This document shows, one piece after another, positions 1 to 12,883 of a DNA stretch of 58,616 nt; the first letter of the stretch is position 1, and the number at the start of each line of letters is the position of its first letter. The notes beneath the pieces are model-generated. The model did not search any database. It was not told where the DNA came from and saw only the letters and a list, made by a program, of their open reading frames with translations. The position numbers and the translations under genes were made by a program. This DNA is from Octopus bimaculoides (Eukaryota). The stretch covers positions 24,982,443 to 25,041,058 of the forward strand of contig NC_068994.1 of the NCBI RefSeq assembly GCF_001194135.2. The letters are read 5' to 3'.

Positions 1-20
1 TATATGTGATTACAAATGTG

Positions 21-125
21 ATTAGAAGCTGTCCTAAGATGTCGTCACGGTACTACTTCCCTATGCGGCACGATGTTGCTAAAACAATTTACAATGTCAT
101 CCGCAAAAAAACACTGTCCTGAAAT
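21..125 (+). mobile_element. Fragment of an RLE-type non-LTR retrotransposon (end of CCHC knuckle plus RHD motif)
   Basis: From base 21 the sequence reads IRSCPKMSSRYYFPMRHDVAKTIYNVIRKK. This resembles the H..SGC...Y..RHD.V segment before the RLE domain in the R4-like copies elsewhere in the window. It is cut by the window edge. Confidence 0.5.
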
Positions 126-524
126 CCCTCTGTTATGGAATAAGTGTGGCCACTAATATTTATATCTCTCATGAGTATTAATGTTCTTTATATATTTTTA
201 AAAAATTGTATGATATTCACTTAGCTAGTTTTTCTCAGTGCGGCTTGGGCACTGAAACGAATACAAGCATTGGTTGAAGTGATATGTATAAGAGTTTGTT
301 AGTAGTAGACTTGGCTGAAGAGAATCAAGTGTATTTTGGCGCTAAATTTGAAATTATATCAAATTAACTGACATTTCTTCGTACAATTTTGCAGAGGTAA
401 GACGCAATCCTTATTTCAGTGTTAATTTTTGTGTCTTCGGAGTGTTTTGACTCCTAACTTTAACAAAGCTGGTGTTTTTTGTTTTTTTTAAAGTGCCCTT
501 GTTATATATGTTTCTTTTATTTAT

Positions 525-564
<40 letters not shown>

Positions 565-650
565 TTATCTATGTGTGTGCGTGTGCGTATATATATAAGT
601 GCATGTAAATGTGTGTATGTGTGCGTGTGTGTGTGTGTATGTATATACAC
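525..650. repeat. (TATC)n followed by degenerate (GT)n microsatellite
   Basis: Seen directly in the sequence. Confidence 0.95.
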
Positions 651-1065
651 ATAAACGTACATTATGTGGGTAATATTTTCAACTGAGACGTTACAAATAC
701 AAACAAGAAAATAACAACAGGTATCTTTCGACTAATAAAGACGAATCAAGTTGGGTTGGCATGTGCAGAGTGAAAGCCTTGAGGCAGGAACATAGGAGAT
801 GAACATAAGAGATGAAAGTCATGAGAAGGAATATAAGAGATGCTTCGCGGCCGGCAATCGAACCAAGAAAGAAAGATCATGCCTGGTCGAACACCGTTCA
901 CGTGAAAGGAAAGGAGAGAGGTAGGAAGCCGAGAGATTGAAGAATTAGGAGAAGAATGAGAAAGAGAGGAAATCAAATGGACATAGAGAAAGGTACAGGG
1001 CAGATAAAGAGGAGAGAAAGTAAAGAGATTAAAGAAAGAGAAGGCCAAGAAATATGAGAGATAGA

Positions 1066-1235
1066 TACACACTGTTATCTGACTGTGGCCATACTGAAGC
1101 ACCGCATTTAGTCGAATAAATCGACCCCAGGACTTATTCTTCGTAAGCCAAGTACTTGATTCTATCGGTAACTTTTGCCGGACTGCTAAGTTATGGGGAC
1201 GTAAACACACCAGCACCGGTTGTCAAGCGATGGTG
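1066..1235 (-). mobile_element. SINE 3' half (Octopus-type family A)
   Basis: Reverse complement of the ...GGTGTGTTTACGTCCCC.TAACTTAGC...GATAGAAT.AAGTACT.GGCTTAC.AAGAATAAGTCCTGGGGTCGATTT.TTCGACTAAA.GCGGTGCT.CAG.ATGGCC.CAGTC unit also seen at 31302-31470 and 13620-13810. Confidence 0.85.
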
Positions 1236-1244
1236 AGGGCCATC

Positions 1245-1730
1245 GACAAAAGAGACCGATAGAATAAGTACTTTTGTTGTTGTTGGCACTCCGTCAATCA
1301 ACGGAACAGCCTGCTCGTGAAATTAACGAGCACTCCACAGACACGTGTACCCTTAACGTAGTTCTCGGGGATATTCAGTGACACAGTGTGACAAGGCTGA
1401 CCCTTTGAATTACAGGCACAACAGAAACAGGAAGAAAGAGTGAGAGAAAGTTGTGGTGGAAGAGTACAGCAGGGTTCGCCACCATCCCCTGCCGGAGCCT
1501 CGTGGAGCTTTTAGGTGTTTTCGCTCAATAAACACTCACAACGCCCGGTCTGGGAATTGAAACCGCGATCCTATGACCACGAGTCCGCTGCCCTAACTAC
1601 TGGGCCATTGCGCTTCCACTAGAATAAGTACTAGGCTTACAAAGAATAAGACCTGAGGTCGATTTGTTCGACTAAAACCCTTGAAAGCAGTTTCCCAGCA
1701 TTGTCGCAAGTAAAAGAAAATAAAAGAATA
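1245..1730 (+). mobile_element. SINE 3' half (family A), interrupted by another SINE
   Basis: CAAAAGAGACCGATAGAATAAGTACT | insert | TAGAATAAGTACTAGGCTTACAAAGAATAAG.CCTG.GGTCGATTTGTTCGACTAAA, ending in an A-rich tail. Confidence 0.85.
1273..1619 (-). mobile_element. Full-length tRNA-derived SINE (family B) with 13-bp TSD
   Basis: The minus strand begins AGTGGAAGCGCAATGGCCCAGTAGTTAGGGCAGCGG (A-box) ... GGTTTCAATTCC (B-box) and ends ACGGAGTGCCAACAACAAC. It is flanked by the direct repeat TAGAATAAGTACT at 1260-1272 and 1620-1632. Confidence 0.9.
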
Positions 1731-1869
1731 GTATGTAAAGAATACGATAACATGAATGATGCAGTCCTCCTAATACTCCACCTAGGTCAATTAAAGAGCC
1801 CCACAGATCCAGGTTTAGCCTGAGTACCAAACGCACTATGCCCTCGCCCCTTTGTTGTTCTCCAATCTA

Positions 1870-3155
1870 CAGGCATGTGTTAAAGTTGATCCATTCATCC
1901 TAACCATTTTTTCCACCATCATCCACCTTTTTATAAATTAATTTGGCGGTAGCACATCCCTCTCCATTCTTACTTTTCTTTCCAAATGGAACAGTGAGGG
2001 CTTGACCGAAAAAGAATGTCTTTTCGTCCATCACACAACTTCTTTCACTTTAGCTACTAAACAGGAAGACACTACCTGCCCTGTCTTGTTAAAGGTGAGT
2101 GGTGGAGCGATCCTCATGATGAATTCAGTCGATAGTCGGATTCGTCCTACACAAGTCGGCACTGCTCGGGCACTGCATGAGTGAGGGTAGTACGGTTTCA
2201 TCACTCTGCGCAAGTCTCGGACTGTCCCACCAGGAGGCGCTTCCATACTTGTAAAATTTATATCGAACCGGTATGACTTTCCTGTAGCACTACCAGGCCT
2301 GGGATTTCTGGAAGTTATCCATGGTAGTTACGAGCCCGAACGTCTAGCTACTTCATTCTCGTCTACCAGCTACTTCACTCTCATCGACCAGCTATTTCAT
2401 TCTCATCGACCAGCTACTTCATTCTCGTCGACGCCAAGTGTTTTCTCAAGAACGTCATCGCTCTTACCCATCATTAGATTCCTATATATTGCCAACGTAG
2501 AACTTCTATCGACCGCATTGCCCGACTGGTAGAAGGTGGTGAGAACCTGACAACATTGCAGATGCGAGGCGCCCAATCTTGGATTGTAGCTCTGTCAAAG
2601 AGATGAGCTGTAGAAAGGCATATCTTACAAACTGAGGCCACACCAGCTCACCGCCCAGGAATATCTGTAAGTGACATAACAGCAGCGTGAGTCTGCACAT
2701 CATCAGCCATGGCATGCCAAGACCGCTTTCCAGAGGGTGCTAGTAACAGATGGACCACCTGACAAATGGAACGCGTACTTTCCACAGAAAGTGAAAAAGT
2801 AAGCATTCCAGTCTGGCCAAACGTGGACTGGGGCAAGGTACAGTAAGTTATTTCAGAAGCGAAGTAATCATTTGCCACCGCTGCTGGACCTCATTTCTGA
2901 GCGAGGCTGATACTTCTGCTTGTAACCTCGTCCCAGTTCTTGCTCCTGGGGTTTTTTACCAGCCCGTCTGCTGTTCGATAGCATTTACTTACCTCTTAAG
3001 TGCTGAGCTGCATGCCTACCAACTTATTTGGATTTGTCTTTGCTCTTGCTATCACCTTGCATTCTTTTATAATAGAATCAAGCACGCGAGCCTCTGTGGT
3101 GTCGGACACCATTACGGTGATGTTATGCGCATACGTCGACGCAGCTCTTCCGCAA
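1870..3155 (-). mobile_element. 5'-truncated, degenerate Tx1/L1-clade LINE ORF2 (late RT to C-terminus)
   Basis: Broken frames are homologous to ORF2 of the 8323-13140 copy: YAHNITVMVSDT (decayed YADD), LPVRYKFY, and the C-terminal KVRMERDVL...FIKRW. Confidence 0.75.
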
Positions 3156-3159
3156 TCCC

Positions 3160-4390
3160 AATTCTAAATTGACGGATCGAGCGCTTGATATGAAACGGTT
3201 ACCAAAGGTGGTCGTTTACTTTCATCACTGAGTAAGCTCCATTGTGCATTATTACGATAAGGCCTTGACCGAAGAAGAAAGTGTCTGTTTTCAGGCCTTT
3301 CAGTCTTGTCCACCAAAGGACCTCTTTCGTTAGAGCCACGAGACAAACGTAAACTGCATGCCCTTCCCAAACAAAGGAAAGTAGCAGGGCAATCATCACT
3401 ATGGACTCGGCGGAGCAGCCATTCTACATAACTCCACAAGTAAGCAATGATCGAGCACTATACAAGAGCTTACAGGACGATTTTGTGCACCTTGTGCAGT
3501 CGCAGCTGACGATACTACCATGCCTATAGAATTTAGCCTGACGGTGCCACCCGGTAGCATTGCCAGACTAAGAATTTCTGGAAATTATCCATGAATTCCA
3601 GCACAAAAATTCTCTGGAAAAGACCAACCAGTTCATCTTTCATCACCTCCCTGAGTTTTCCAGAAGACGTCGTCGCTCTAACACTCTATTGAAGACAATG
3701 GTAGAACTTCCATCGATCACATTGTCCGTCTGGCAGAGTGCTGAAAGCGCCTTACGTCACTCAAGGTACCCTGTTTCCTGTCTCTATCTACGCTTGGTTC
3801 AGGACTACAGCTTCCACGAACTGTGGAAAGGCTCATCTAACGGCGACACCTGCTCACAGTCAAGAAAACGCAAATGTTGCCGCCTCAGTGCATGCCTGCA
3901 CATCATTAACCCGATCCTCCACATAGCGGCTGCTGATAACAAATGACCCGTCTAACCAGCGGAATACGTTCTTTTTATTAAAAAAATTCGAAGAGCAAGC
4001 GCTCGATTCATAGTTAGCTATAAAATGAGGCAAGGCACAATGGTCTAGGAAGTAGTAAATGACAGATGCAATATAGGTAGGTATTCGCCACTTCTGCCGG
4101 TCTTTCAGGGGTATAGTTTCTTTTCAGCCCATTTCCGAATGAGGCTAGCTGCCCTACAAAATACCTCTTCCCAGTTCTTGAGGTCTGGACCAAGACAAAA
4201 CCCGAACATTTTAATCGGTTCATTCATCTAGTGCCTAACGACGCTGATAGACGGTATGAACCTGTTCCTCTAGGTGCCGAGCTGTAAGCCCAACGACTTT
4301 TCCTTGTCAATGTTTGCTCCTCTCACTACCTGGTATTTCCTTAGATTAGTGCCGATCATCTCGATTGCCAAGATGCCGGATATCTCGGAA
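3160..4390 (-). mobile_element. Second degenerate Tx1-like ORF2 3' half, in tandem with the first
   Basis: MWSYVEWLLRRV...ERGPLVDKTER (3164-3439) and NLRKYQ...KSLGLQLGT (~4270-4340) repeat the domains of 1870-3155. Confidence 0.7.
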
Positions 4391-4399
4391 TTTTTGTGA

Positions 4400-5330
4400 C
4401 ACATTGAAAGTGTTGTGCCTGGAGACCTTTCCCTCTGTTATATTTTCATTTTATGCACGATTAAGGACATCACTTTTATATTTAGCACGAAATTGGGATG
4501 TTTTGTCTGTGGTGTGTTTGTGTATCAGCCTACTGCGTGTTTTTGCTTTTGTTGAGATGGATGTTGTTGTTGATGGTGGAGTTGTAGATATGTTGGTTTT
4601 GCTGTAGGCGTGGCTTGGGTAATACTGTCGTGATCGTGAGGCTCGTTCAGAGTGGGTGTTTTCTTTCTTTTTATTTTTTTATTTGCTTTGCTTACCCTCC
4701 TCGCAAGATGATATTTCCACGTCCGATGTGGAAGGGAATTGAGGTATGTTTGCGTGTGTGTTAGAAAATTTGGGAAAAGAGTGTAAAAGAGAGTTTAGTT
4801 GGATGTTTTCCAGGATTGCAGGCATAGGTTCTGTTGTAGTGGATACCGTAGTTGCTTTCGCTGGTCTTGCCGTTGCTACTGTTGTTGGTACTAATTCTGT
4901 TCTTCCTGTTCCCTTCGCTGCTGATGTTATTGTTGCACAATATTGCTGCCGTTGAGGCAGTGGTGTCGGCAGCATTGGGAGCCTCCTCTCTCTTGCATTT
5001 TAAGAAAGGACTGCTCTGAAGTGATTTTCCGCATTAAAAGTGTATTGCTTCCATTTATAGTGACGCATGCTATCAACCACCAGATGTCCAACCTAATGGT
5101 GGTGGGGCGACTCTCTAGCTTAACAAATCCTTCTTCCTAAATAGGATGGGTAATGGGGGGGCCTTGTCGCGTATATGGGCTATGGAGAGCTTTCAGCCCT
5201 CCAAACCCTCGAACTACCTTGTCCTGGTGACATTTTATACATTTGCCCATATTTCTTTCAGAGCTTGTGTGTTGCTGCTGCACAGCATCAAGTTTTAGAA
5301 CACACACAAATGACACACATCTGTTTTCCG
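4400..5330 (-). mobile_element. Tx1-like ORF1 remnant (low-complexity Thr/Pro/Gln tail and upstream pieces)
   Basis: The T/P/Q-rich ORF at 4679-4975 resembles the ORF1 C-terminus at 11361-12023 and 26732-27362. It has the same polarity as the adjacent ORF2 pieces. Confidence 0.45.
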
Positions 5331-5475
5331 TGTAGTTGCTACAAAAGATTCGGCTGAAATGGTGATTTGTCCATCCACTAGCTCTATCGCTTGTGCAAAT
5401 CACTCATTTAGAGGGAACAAAGTATTTAGTTTGTGGAAGTTTGCTTGCTCCCACTTTTTATTTTGTCGCTGGCGA

Positions 5476-5710
5476 TATTTTTGTTTTGTTGTGTCTGAGG
5501 AGAGTCATTCTCTTTTAGTGCCTTATTATTTAACACACTCACCAGTAAAGTTTCCATTCATTTACTTATTTATTTTTAGAAAAATATTTATTTATTTTTT
5601 ATATATATTTTTAGAAAAATAAATAAGTAAATGAGTGGAAACTTTACTGGTGAGTGTGTTAAATAATAAGGCACTAAAGAGAATGACTCTCCCCAGACAC
5701 AACAAAATAT
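5476..5710. mobile_element. Fold-back (palindromic) MITE-like element
   Basis: The arm TTGTGTCTGAGGAGAGTCATTCTCTTTTAGTGCCTTATTATTTAACACACTCACCAGTAAAGTTTCCATTCATTTACTTATTTATTTT (~5489-5576) is mirrored at ~5625-5702 with few mismatches around an AT-rich spacer. Confidence 0.85.
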
Positions 5711-5764
5711 GTTTCAACACACGAACTCACTTAAAGAATCTTGCAAATCCAAAATCGAATATAT

Positions 5765-5960
5765 TTTTGTTGTTGTTGCTGTTACTACTACTGTTGTTGC
5801 TCTCGCTGCTGTTATGTTATTGTTGTAGCTGCTGCTGCTAGTGCTGCAGTTGTTATTATTGTTGTTGTTGCTGCTGCTATCATTTTTTCTGCTGTTGCTG
5901 CTGCCGTCGTGTTGTTAAAAAATAATATTTCTATAACCATTGTTGTTGTTCTTCTCGAAC
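5765..5960. repeat. Degenerate (GTT/GCT)n trinucleotide tract
   Basis: Seen directly. It accounts for the poly-C, poly-L and poly-A/V ORFs at 5635-6037. Confidence 0.9.
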
Positions 5961-6254
5961 TTTTACTCTCTCATGAAGCTGGTAGTAGAATGAAGTTTTT
6001 CTGCTACGTATTCATTGTAACCGTTGGTGGGCGATAACAATGCCCTAATTCCAACGAGTAAAAACCAAGACGAAAAGAAATAGCTATTACGAATATCGTG
6101 TCCTTTAAAACACAATTCGGTAGTAGCTTGCCCTCTTCACTCAGTGAAGTAAAGTTTCTTATTTAACGATTTAGCGAAAAGTTTCCAATTGTAAACAAAC
6201 TATTCCAATAAAATTTAACAAACCTTCAGGAGGCGACACAACCAACGTCCGACA

Positions 6255-7336
6255 CATGTGATGGCGCAGCTGTTGTTAGATGGACAAAGAATGACCTTGA
6301 GGAAATGAATAGAAAAACCAGGTATGTGATGTCAAACTACAACCTAAAAGCGATGCCTATAGATTGTATGTGTCTAGAAATAAAGGAAGAAGGGGGCTCA
6401 TAGAATGAAATATCTGTGTTATCAGTTAGGAAAACTGTTTGGTACAACAAACAACAGATTGAACCTTTGATTGTTGCTGTCAGAAATAACAACATGATGC
6501 CTAGTGAAAATGTGACACACCTAAAAGAAAAAAGATGGAGAGAAAAGAATTAACAACTGGAATGTGAAAGCGATGCATATGCAATACCTCAGAGAAATGG
6601 AAGGAAAAGACTAGACCTACACTTCGAAGGAAAAGTGACCTCAAAGGATGCACTGAGGCATTGACTTACAGTGTTCAGGAACATGCTTTAAGGACTAATT
6701 ACACCAAGTACCAAATAGATACTGAATCACCTCTTAGTAGGATGTGTGGTATCAAAAATGAGACGTTCTTACATACAGTGAATGCGTGCAGCAAATTGGT
6801 TCAAAAGGAATACAAAAAGAAGCATGATAACGTACCTAGGTATGTTCATTGGAGATTGTGTGAAGTACGGTCTTGAAAAGACATTGAAATATTACAAGTA
6901 TAAAGCAGCTGTCACCGAGAGTAATGTGTGGGATTTTACAATCCAGTGTGATTCTGGAAACAGACATTGTTGTAGTTGATGAAATAGTGAAGAAAACCAA
7001 GATCATAGATATCGCCATGCCTGGGGTTGTACAATTGGAAAAGATTGAAAAGTACAAACCCCCAAAAAGAAGAAATTGCACGAATGTGGGCAATGAAGTA
7101 AGTAACTGTCATAGAAGCAGTTGTAAAGGCACTGGGAGCATTAACAACTAAGTTTGAGAAATTTGTTGGAGAAATTGGGATTGACATGAGGATAGAACAT
7201 GCTCAGAAAACTGCTCTATTGAGGACAGCGAGGATTTCGAGATTGGCACTTCGTAGAAGAAGACTCTGTGAAACCATTGACAACATACTTACATGATTAG
7301 CCGGAGCAAGTGAAATCGAGAGCTCTGAGAATGAAG

Positions 7337-7337
<1 letters not shown>
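6255..7337 (+). mobile_element. 5'-truncated R4/Dong-clade LINE (CCHC + RLE), 3' end running into (TAA)n
   Basis: VRWTKNDLEEMNRKTR; VQEHALRTNYTKYQID...CGIKNETFLHTVNACSKLVQKEYKKKHDNV..YVHWRLC; WDFTIQCD; IIDIAMPG..EKIEKYK; AQKTALLRTARISR; stop, short UTR, then (TAA)n. Confidence 0.85.

Positions 7338-7422
<85 letters not shown>
7338..7422. repeat. (TAA)n microsatellite at a gap edge
   Basis: Seen directly. Confidence 0.98.
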
Positions 7423-8073
7423 NNNNNNNNNNNNNNNNNNNNNNNNNNNNNNNNNNNNNNNNNNNNNNNNNNNNNNNNNNNNNNNNNNNNNNNNNNNNNN
7501 NNNNNNNNNNNNNNNNNNNNNNNNNNNNNNNNNNNNNNNNNNNNNNNNNNNNNNNNNNNNNNNNNNNNNNNNNNNNNNNNNNNNNNNNNNNNNNNNNNNN
7601 NNNNNNNNNNNNNNNNNNNNNNNNNNNNNNNNNNNNNNNNNNNNNNNNNNNNNNNNNNNNNNNNNNNNNNNNNNNNNNNNNNNNNNNNNNNNNNNNNNNN
7701 NNNNNNNNNNNNNNNNNNNNNNNNNNNNNNNNNNNNNNNNNNNNNNNNNNNNNNNNNNNNNNNNNNNNNNNNNNNNNNNNNNNNNNNNNNNNNNNNNNNN
7801 NNNNNNNNNNNNNNNNNNNNNNNNNNNNNNNNNNNNNNNNNNNNNNNNNNNNNNNNNNNNNNNNNNNNNNNNNNNNNNNNNNNNNNNNNNNNNNNNNNNN
7901 NNNNNNNNNNNNNNNNNNNNNNNNNNNNNNNNNNNNNNNNNNNNNNNNNNNNNNNNNNNNNNNNNNNNNNNNNNNNNNNNNNNNNNNNNNNNNNNNNNNN
8001 NNNNNNNNNNNNNNNNNNNNNNNNNNNNNNNNNNNNNNNNNNNNNNNNNNNNNNNNNNNNNNNNNNNNNNNNN

Positions 8074-8217
8074 TATGAGATCACCATGTCACGCACATAC
8101 AGTTGTGATGCATGTGCCTGGTGTACCCTTACCAGACAGGTAGTCATGATGGGTATACTGGGCTTCGTATATTTTACCCCAGTGTCACTTTGATGGCATG
8201 CACTGCTCTTTCACTCA
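8074..8217 (+). mobile_element. 3' part of the ~560-bp TAA-tailed non-coding repeat (copy 1, 5' part lost in gap)
   Basis: ATGAGATCACCATGTC...CCCAGTGTCACTTTGATGGCATGCACTGCTCTTTCACTC followed by (AAT)n. This is the reverse complement of the left ends of 19960-20520 and 23000-23530. Confidence 0.85.
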
Positions 8218-8230
8218 ATAATAATGATAC

Positions 8231-8322
<92 letters not shown>
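8218..8322. repeat. (TAA)n(TGA)n compound microsatellite joining two retroelement tails
   Basis: Seen directly. The (TGA)n part is the (ATC)n tail of the minus-strand Tx1. Confidence 0.95.
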
Positions 8323-8326
<4 letters not shown>

Positions 8327-8529
8327 CTTTTATTTGTCACCAGGGCGAAGGATGAGGAGGACAATACAAAGACAGACATAAAATGTTGCGGTTTCCATAT
8401 GATGAAATGATAAAAAAAATATATACACGGTGTATATTAAAAGAAAAGAAAAAAGTGATTTTGATGGGATCCTCTTGATACAAGAGAACCTCTAGGGATA
8501 ATCGAGGAACCCCACCATCCAAGATCACC

Positions 8530-11100
8530 CTGAATACCAAGGATGAATGTCCTCTCCAACTCCTTTCCTCTACCTCACAAGCCTAGACTGAGAGTGGTGC
8601 CATCCACTCTTGCCATTTTCGCAACTTTCACTCACCTTTTGATAAATTCACTCAAGGATAGTACCTCCCTCTCCACCCTCACTTTTCTTTTCAAGTGGAA
8701 CTTGAAAAAGTCAATGAGGGCTTTACCAAAGGGGAATGTTTCTGTCCTCATCCCTTTCAGCCTCGTCTACCAGACACCCTCTTTCGCCGCCAGACAAAGG
8801 AAAATTGCCTTGCCTGCCAGATTAAAGGAGGGTAACGGGGCAATCATCATTATGGACTCGGCTGACAGATGGATCCGTCCCACACGCAACCTCAGCTGTT
8901 CGACATAACTCCACAAGTTAGCAATGCCCAAACACTGCATGAATGCATGCAGAACGGTAGATGTGGTGACAGCACATCTGTGCCTGTAGAGTTTATCTCG
9001 AACCGGTAGCGGCCCTCCGGTAGCACTGCCACGCCAAAGATGTCTGAAAATTATCCGTAGTAGTCATCAACCGGAAAGTCCTCCAGAATAGACTTTCCAG
9101 TTCGTCTTCGTTGGCACCCATGGTCTCTCAGAGGACGTCGTCGCACTTACCGCTAATAATCCTCTGTATATAGCTAAAGTGGAACATCCACCGATACTAT
9201 TCCCCGACTGAGCGCCTGACGACATTCTAGGTGTCAGGCGCCTAGTCTCGGTCTATCCTTTACCCAGGACTGCAGCTCTGTCAAGGAGACGAGCTGCGGA
9301 AAGGCGTGTCTCACAGAGTCCACACGTGGTCACCTTCTAGAAATTGTTGCAGGTGGCACAACCTGAGTGCGTGTCTGCGCATTTAAGCTCTTGGCCTGCC
9401 TAAGCCTCCACACAGAGGGAGTTGGCAGTAGACCGACCGCCTGACCATTCAAACGCGTCCCTTCCACAAGAAAATAAACAGGACACGCTCCAACGTAATC
9501 AAGCAGTAACGTGGGCCAGGTACGACAGTTAGACGAGAAATAATGACAGAGGTAATGTAGGCATCCACCACCTCCTCCCGACCTTTCAAGGACAACTTCC
9601 TCTCAGCTCAGTTGTGGGTAAGACTGGCCAACATGTTCGTCACTTCGCCCCAATTCTTATCCACCTGGAGGTCGGGACCGAACCAGACCCCTAACAGTTT
9701 AACTGGTACTTTATTCCAGTGTCTGACGACGCTGTCCGTCGGCATCAGTCTGCCCTCTCCAGGTGCCCAGTTGCAATCTCACCGACAGCATGACAGTGAC
9801 GCCATCTGCGTAGGCCAACACTGCCCTCTCGAGTCCAGTTTCAAGGGAGGCCTCTTAACTGTTCCAATTACTGTTGCCTCGAAAGCAAACAGATACAGAA
9901 AATATGACAGCGGACAGCTCTGACGGAGCAAACGTGCGATACTAAACGGATTCGATAGGTGACTATTTGCTTTGACGACCGAGCAGGTGCTGCCGAGCAT
10001 TGCAGCAATCCAACCTCTGAAAGCAGGTCCGAAACCGACTGCTTTAATTACGGCCTCCAAGTAGCGATGGTCGACCCTATCGAATGCTTTCGACTGATCT
10101 AAATTTATCAGGGCCCCACCGAAGCCAGTTTTAGTCCCAGCCCTCTCTACGATGTATCACAGAAGGTGGAGGCTGTTGTATATAGACCTGCTCGGCATTG
10201 CGCACGTTTGTGCCTCGCCGACCAGTCTACCAACAAGCATCAACCTTTTCGTTAACACCTTGGCCAAAATCTTAAACCCTGTGTTTAGTAGAGTTATGCG
10301 CCGAAAATTCCCTAGCACATCCCCATTGTCGGCGTCCTTTCTCAGCAATGTTACCACACCACGGCTAACAGCACTAGGAATTCCCCTGTTTTGCTGCCAA
10401 GAGGTTGCCAAACAAATCTAACATGAATACATAGAATTCCTAGGGCAGACCATCCAAACCGGGTGATTTGCAGCTTGAGCAATCGCTCATCGTCTCCCGT
10501 ATTTCAGTGGACATTGTCGGCTTTTCGAAAAATCTCGCGTCCGTTATCGAGGGCCGTGGTAGGCTGTCCAGGTACGAAGTAAACTCTGCTACCATCGCCG
10601 ACCCATCACCCTCCCCAAACAGCCGTGCAAAGTCCTGAGCAGCTTTTCGAGAGTTTTACACCCAATTCTGCTATGGACCAAACCCACACAGTCCTTCCGT
10701 ACGTCCAACATACTATTCTAGTCCCCCACTAGTACTAAAGTGCGCGACGTTCCTAAGAATGTTTCTAGACGCCTGAAGAAATCTGGCCTTTCAGCCCCTG
10801 TTGTGGCATAAACCGCCATCAGTCTAAAGGCGCCACCTTCGCTGCCATTCACGTCCAGGACCATGACCCTACCATCTGGGCTAAGAAAGATATCCCGTAG
10901 TTGGAGATCTAAGAATTTTCGGAGTAGCACTGCCATACCGCCACCCGCTCCCGATAGACCACAAGATGAGAATATTTCGCAGTCTTCGAAAATGTATGCT
11001 AGAGCGAGTTTTCCGGAGATCCTTGTTTCACTAATGGCAGCCACATCTAAATCAAGCAACTTGAGATCATTGACATGTTACCTTGCTTCCAAGCATATTC
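8530..11100 (-). pseudogene. Tx1-like ORF2 (AP endonuclease + reverse transcriptase), multiple stops and frameshifts
   Basis: APE: LDVAAISETR, GGGMAVLL, FRLMAVYA, LVLVGD. RT: RGVVTLLRK, NFRRITLLNTGFKILAKVLTKRL, LINLDQSKAFDRVDH, RQSCPLS. Confidence 0.88.
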
Positions 11101-11139
11101 ACACAACCCATTCTCAGTACAGTCATGTTAGTCGGAGGG

Positions 11140-12637
11140 AGAAGAAGAAGAGGAGCTTACTCACCTTGATTTTCGAGAAGTCTGGAAGTTCCGGGCTTCT
11201 CTACAGACGAAAATTTTCAAAAGGCCCTTTTAACAGCCTTTTATTAACTGATTTTTCAAAAACACCCACACTACATAGGAATTTTTCTCTTATTGGTTTA
11301 CAAACGTCTGACAACGTTTTAATTAAAAGTCTATCCTTGGGGGTTTTGAGGATTTCATCCTCAAATTCCTTTCCCTCTGTTTTCACTGTTGCACTTGTTC
11401 ACAACAGTGAAATTGATAGATACATTTTGCCTACAGTCTGATGAATATTCTTGCTTTTGAAGTTCCGCAATTGGTTGTATCTGTGTTCCTGTGATTTCAT
11501 ATTGTTGTCGATGATGTTCCTGTTTTTGAAGTTGTTGTTCCTGTTCTTGCTGGAGTGGTTGTGAATTGTGTTGAAGTTGTGGTTTCTGTATATCTTTTTG
11601 CTGGGTTTTTGGAGAAGGGCTATGTAATCTCCTCCTTTTTCGCCTATACGCTTCTGTTACAGTGATCCATTGTTCGTTCAGCTCTTCTTTCTTCATGTCA
11701 TTCAAGTTGATATTGGATTGGGAGGCAGAGCGTTCAGGAGAAGTTTGCTTTTCTGTGGCAATCGGGGGTAGACTCCTTCTATGTCTTGGTTTGGGTGTGG
11801 GTATGAGCGTGGGTGTGCGTGTAGGTGTAGGAGTCTTGAGCACTTCATCATTTTCCGTTTGTGATGTTTGTAATGTTAGTAGCAGTGGGAGTTTAGTTTT
11901 TTTTGCTTCATGGCAGAAAGCCTTTAAGTGAGTTAGAGCTCCACATATGTGGCATCTTGGCTTTCTACCCTCCACTAACACTGACAGATGAGTACCATCC
12001 GGGAAATCGAATAGATCGGACAACTGTCGTTATGGGATTGCTTACATTGTAATGTCAGTTCCATACCTACACCTGACCAGTTTTGTTTCGGTATTTTCTT
12101 GACCACCAAGATTGTCACTTCTAAACCTACCAAGACGGCCGCCGCTAACCAGGTAATGGATATTTCTGGCGGCACATTCAACACCCTAACCATAGTAAGG
12201 TGTTGGCCGGAATAGGTAGGGATTGAGGAGAAGTTTTCTTTTCTCAAAGTTGTCGCAGAATGACCCCTGGCTTCTTCTTCGGTCCCAAATCTTACCTCAA
12301 TAGTCTCAAACTTCTTTCCTCGGGTGATGTGTGTCTCCTGTTTCCTCACGCGCCCAAAGCTGTATTTGACTTTCAGGAGCATTTCCCACCCGGCGTTATT
12401 CAACTCCGATGCTGCGGTATGTGATCGTACATCTCAAAATATTCTCTATCACGTCGGATGGAGGGTTTAGGGCTACCCTTCTCCCATTCCTTTTAACAAT
12501 TTTCCTGGCCATTTTAAAATCCTTTTCATCTATGCGGAAATCTTCCAAATTTTTCGTAGCAATCGCAGCGGAGACGGTTATGGCGACGGTGGCAGTGGTT
12601 ATATTCGCGTTTCTAAGCTTTACTTCTTTAGTACCGG

Positions 12638-12691
<54 letters not shown>

Positions 12692-12883
12692 TGTTGTTGT
12701 TGCTTCACTGCAGCTGCTGTTACTGTTGTTCTCGTCACCGAAAGTTTTGACGTTGCTTAGAGACGAAACAGTATTCGTCTCGGTGACGTCATTAATTGTA
12801 GGTCATGCTACGTCTTTGTTTTCATTCTTCGACAAGGAACGCGTCCCGTTGTCAAACATTACGATGGCTTCTTTATCAGCCAT
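11140..12883 (-). pseudogene. Tx1-like ORF1 (gag-like, CCHC knuckle), frameshifted
   Basis: Starts MADKEAIVMFD. Continues ...ETIEVRFGTEEEARGH...MVRVLNVPPEISITWLAAAVL, then VLVEGRKPRCHICGALTHLKAFC (CX2CX4HX4C), then a Q/T/P-rich tail. Confidence 0.75.

Noticed and set aside
7203-8147. Long ORFs of 200-400 aa here and at 28747-29612, 42625-43800, 47797-48958 and 56974-58324
   Set aside because: Their length comes from N-gaps and microsatellites. Only the flanking TE-derived segments are informative.
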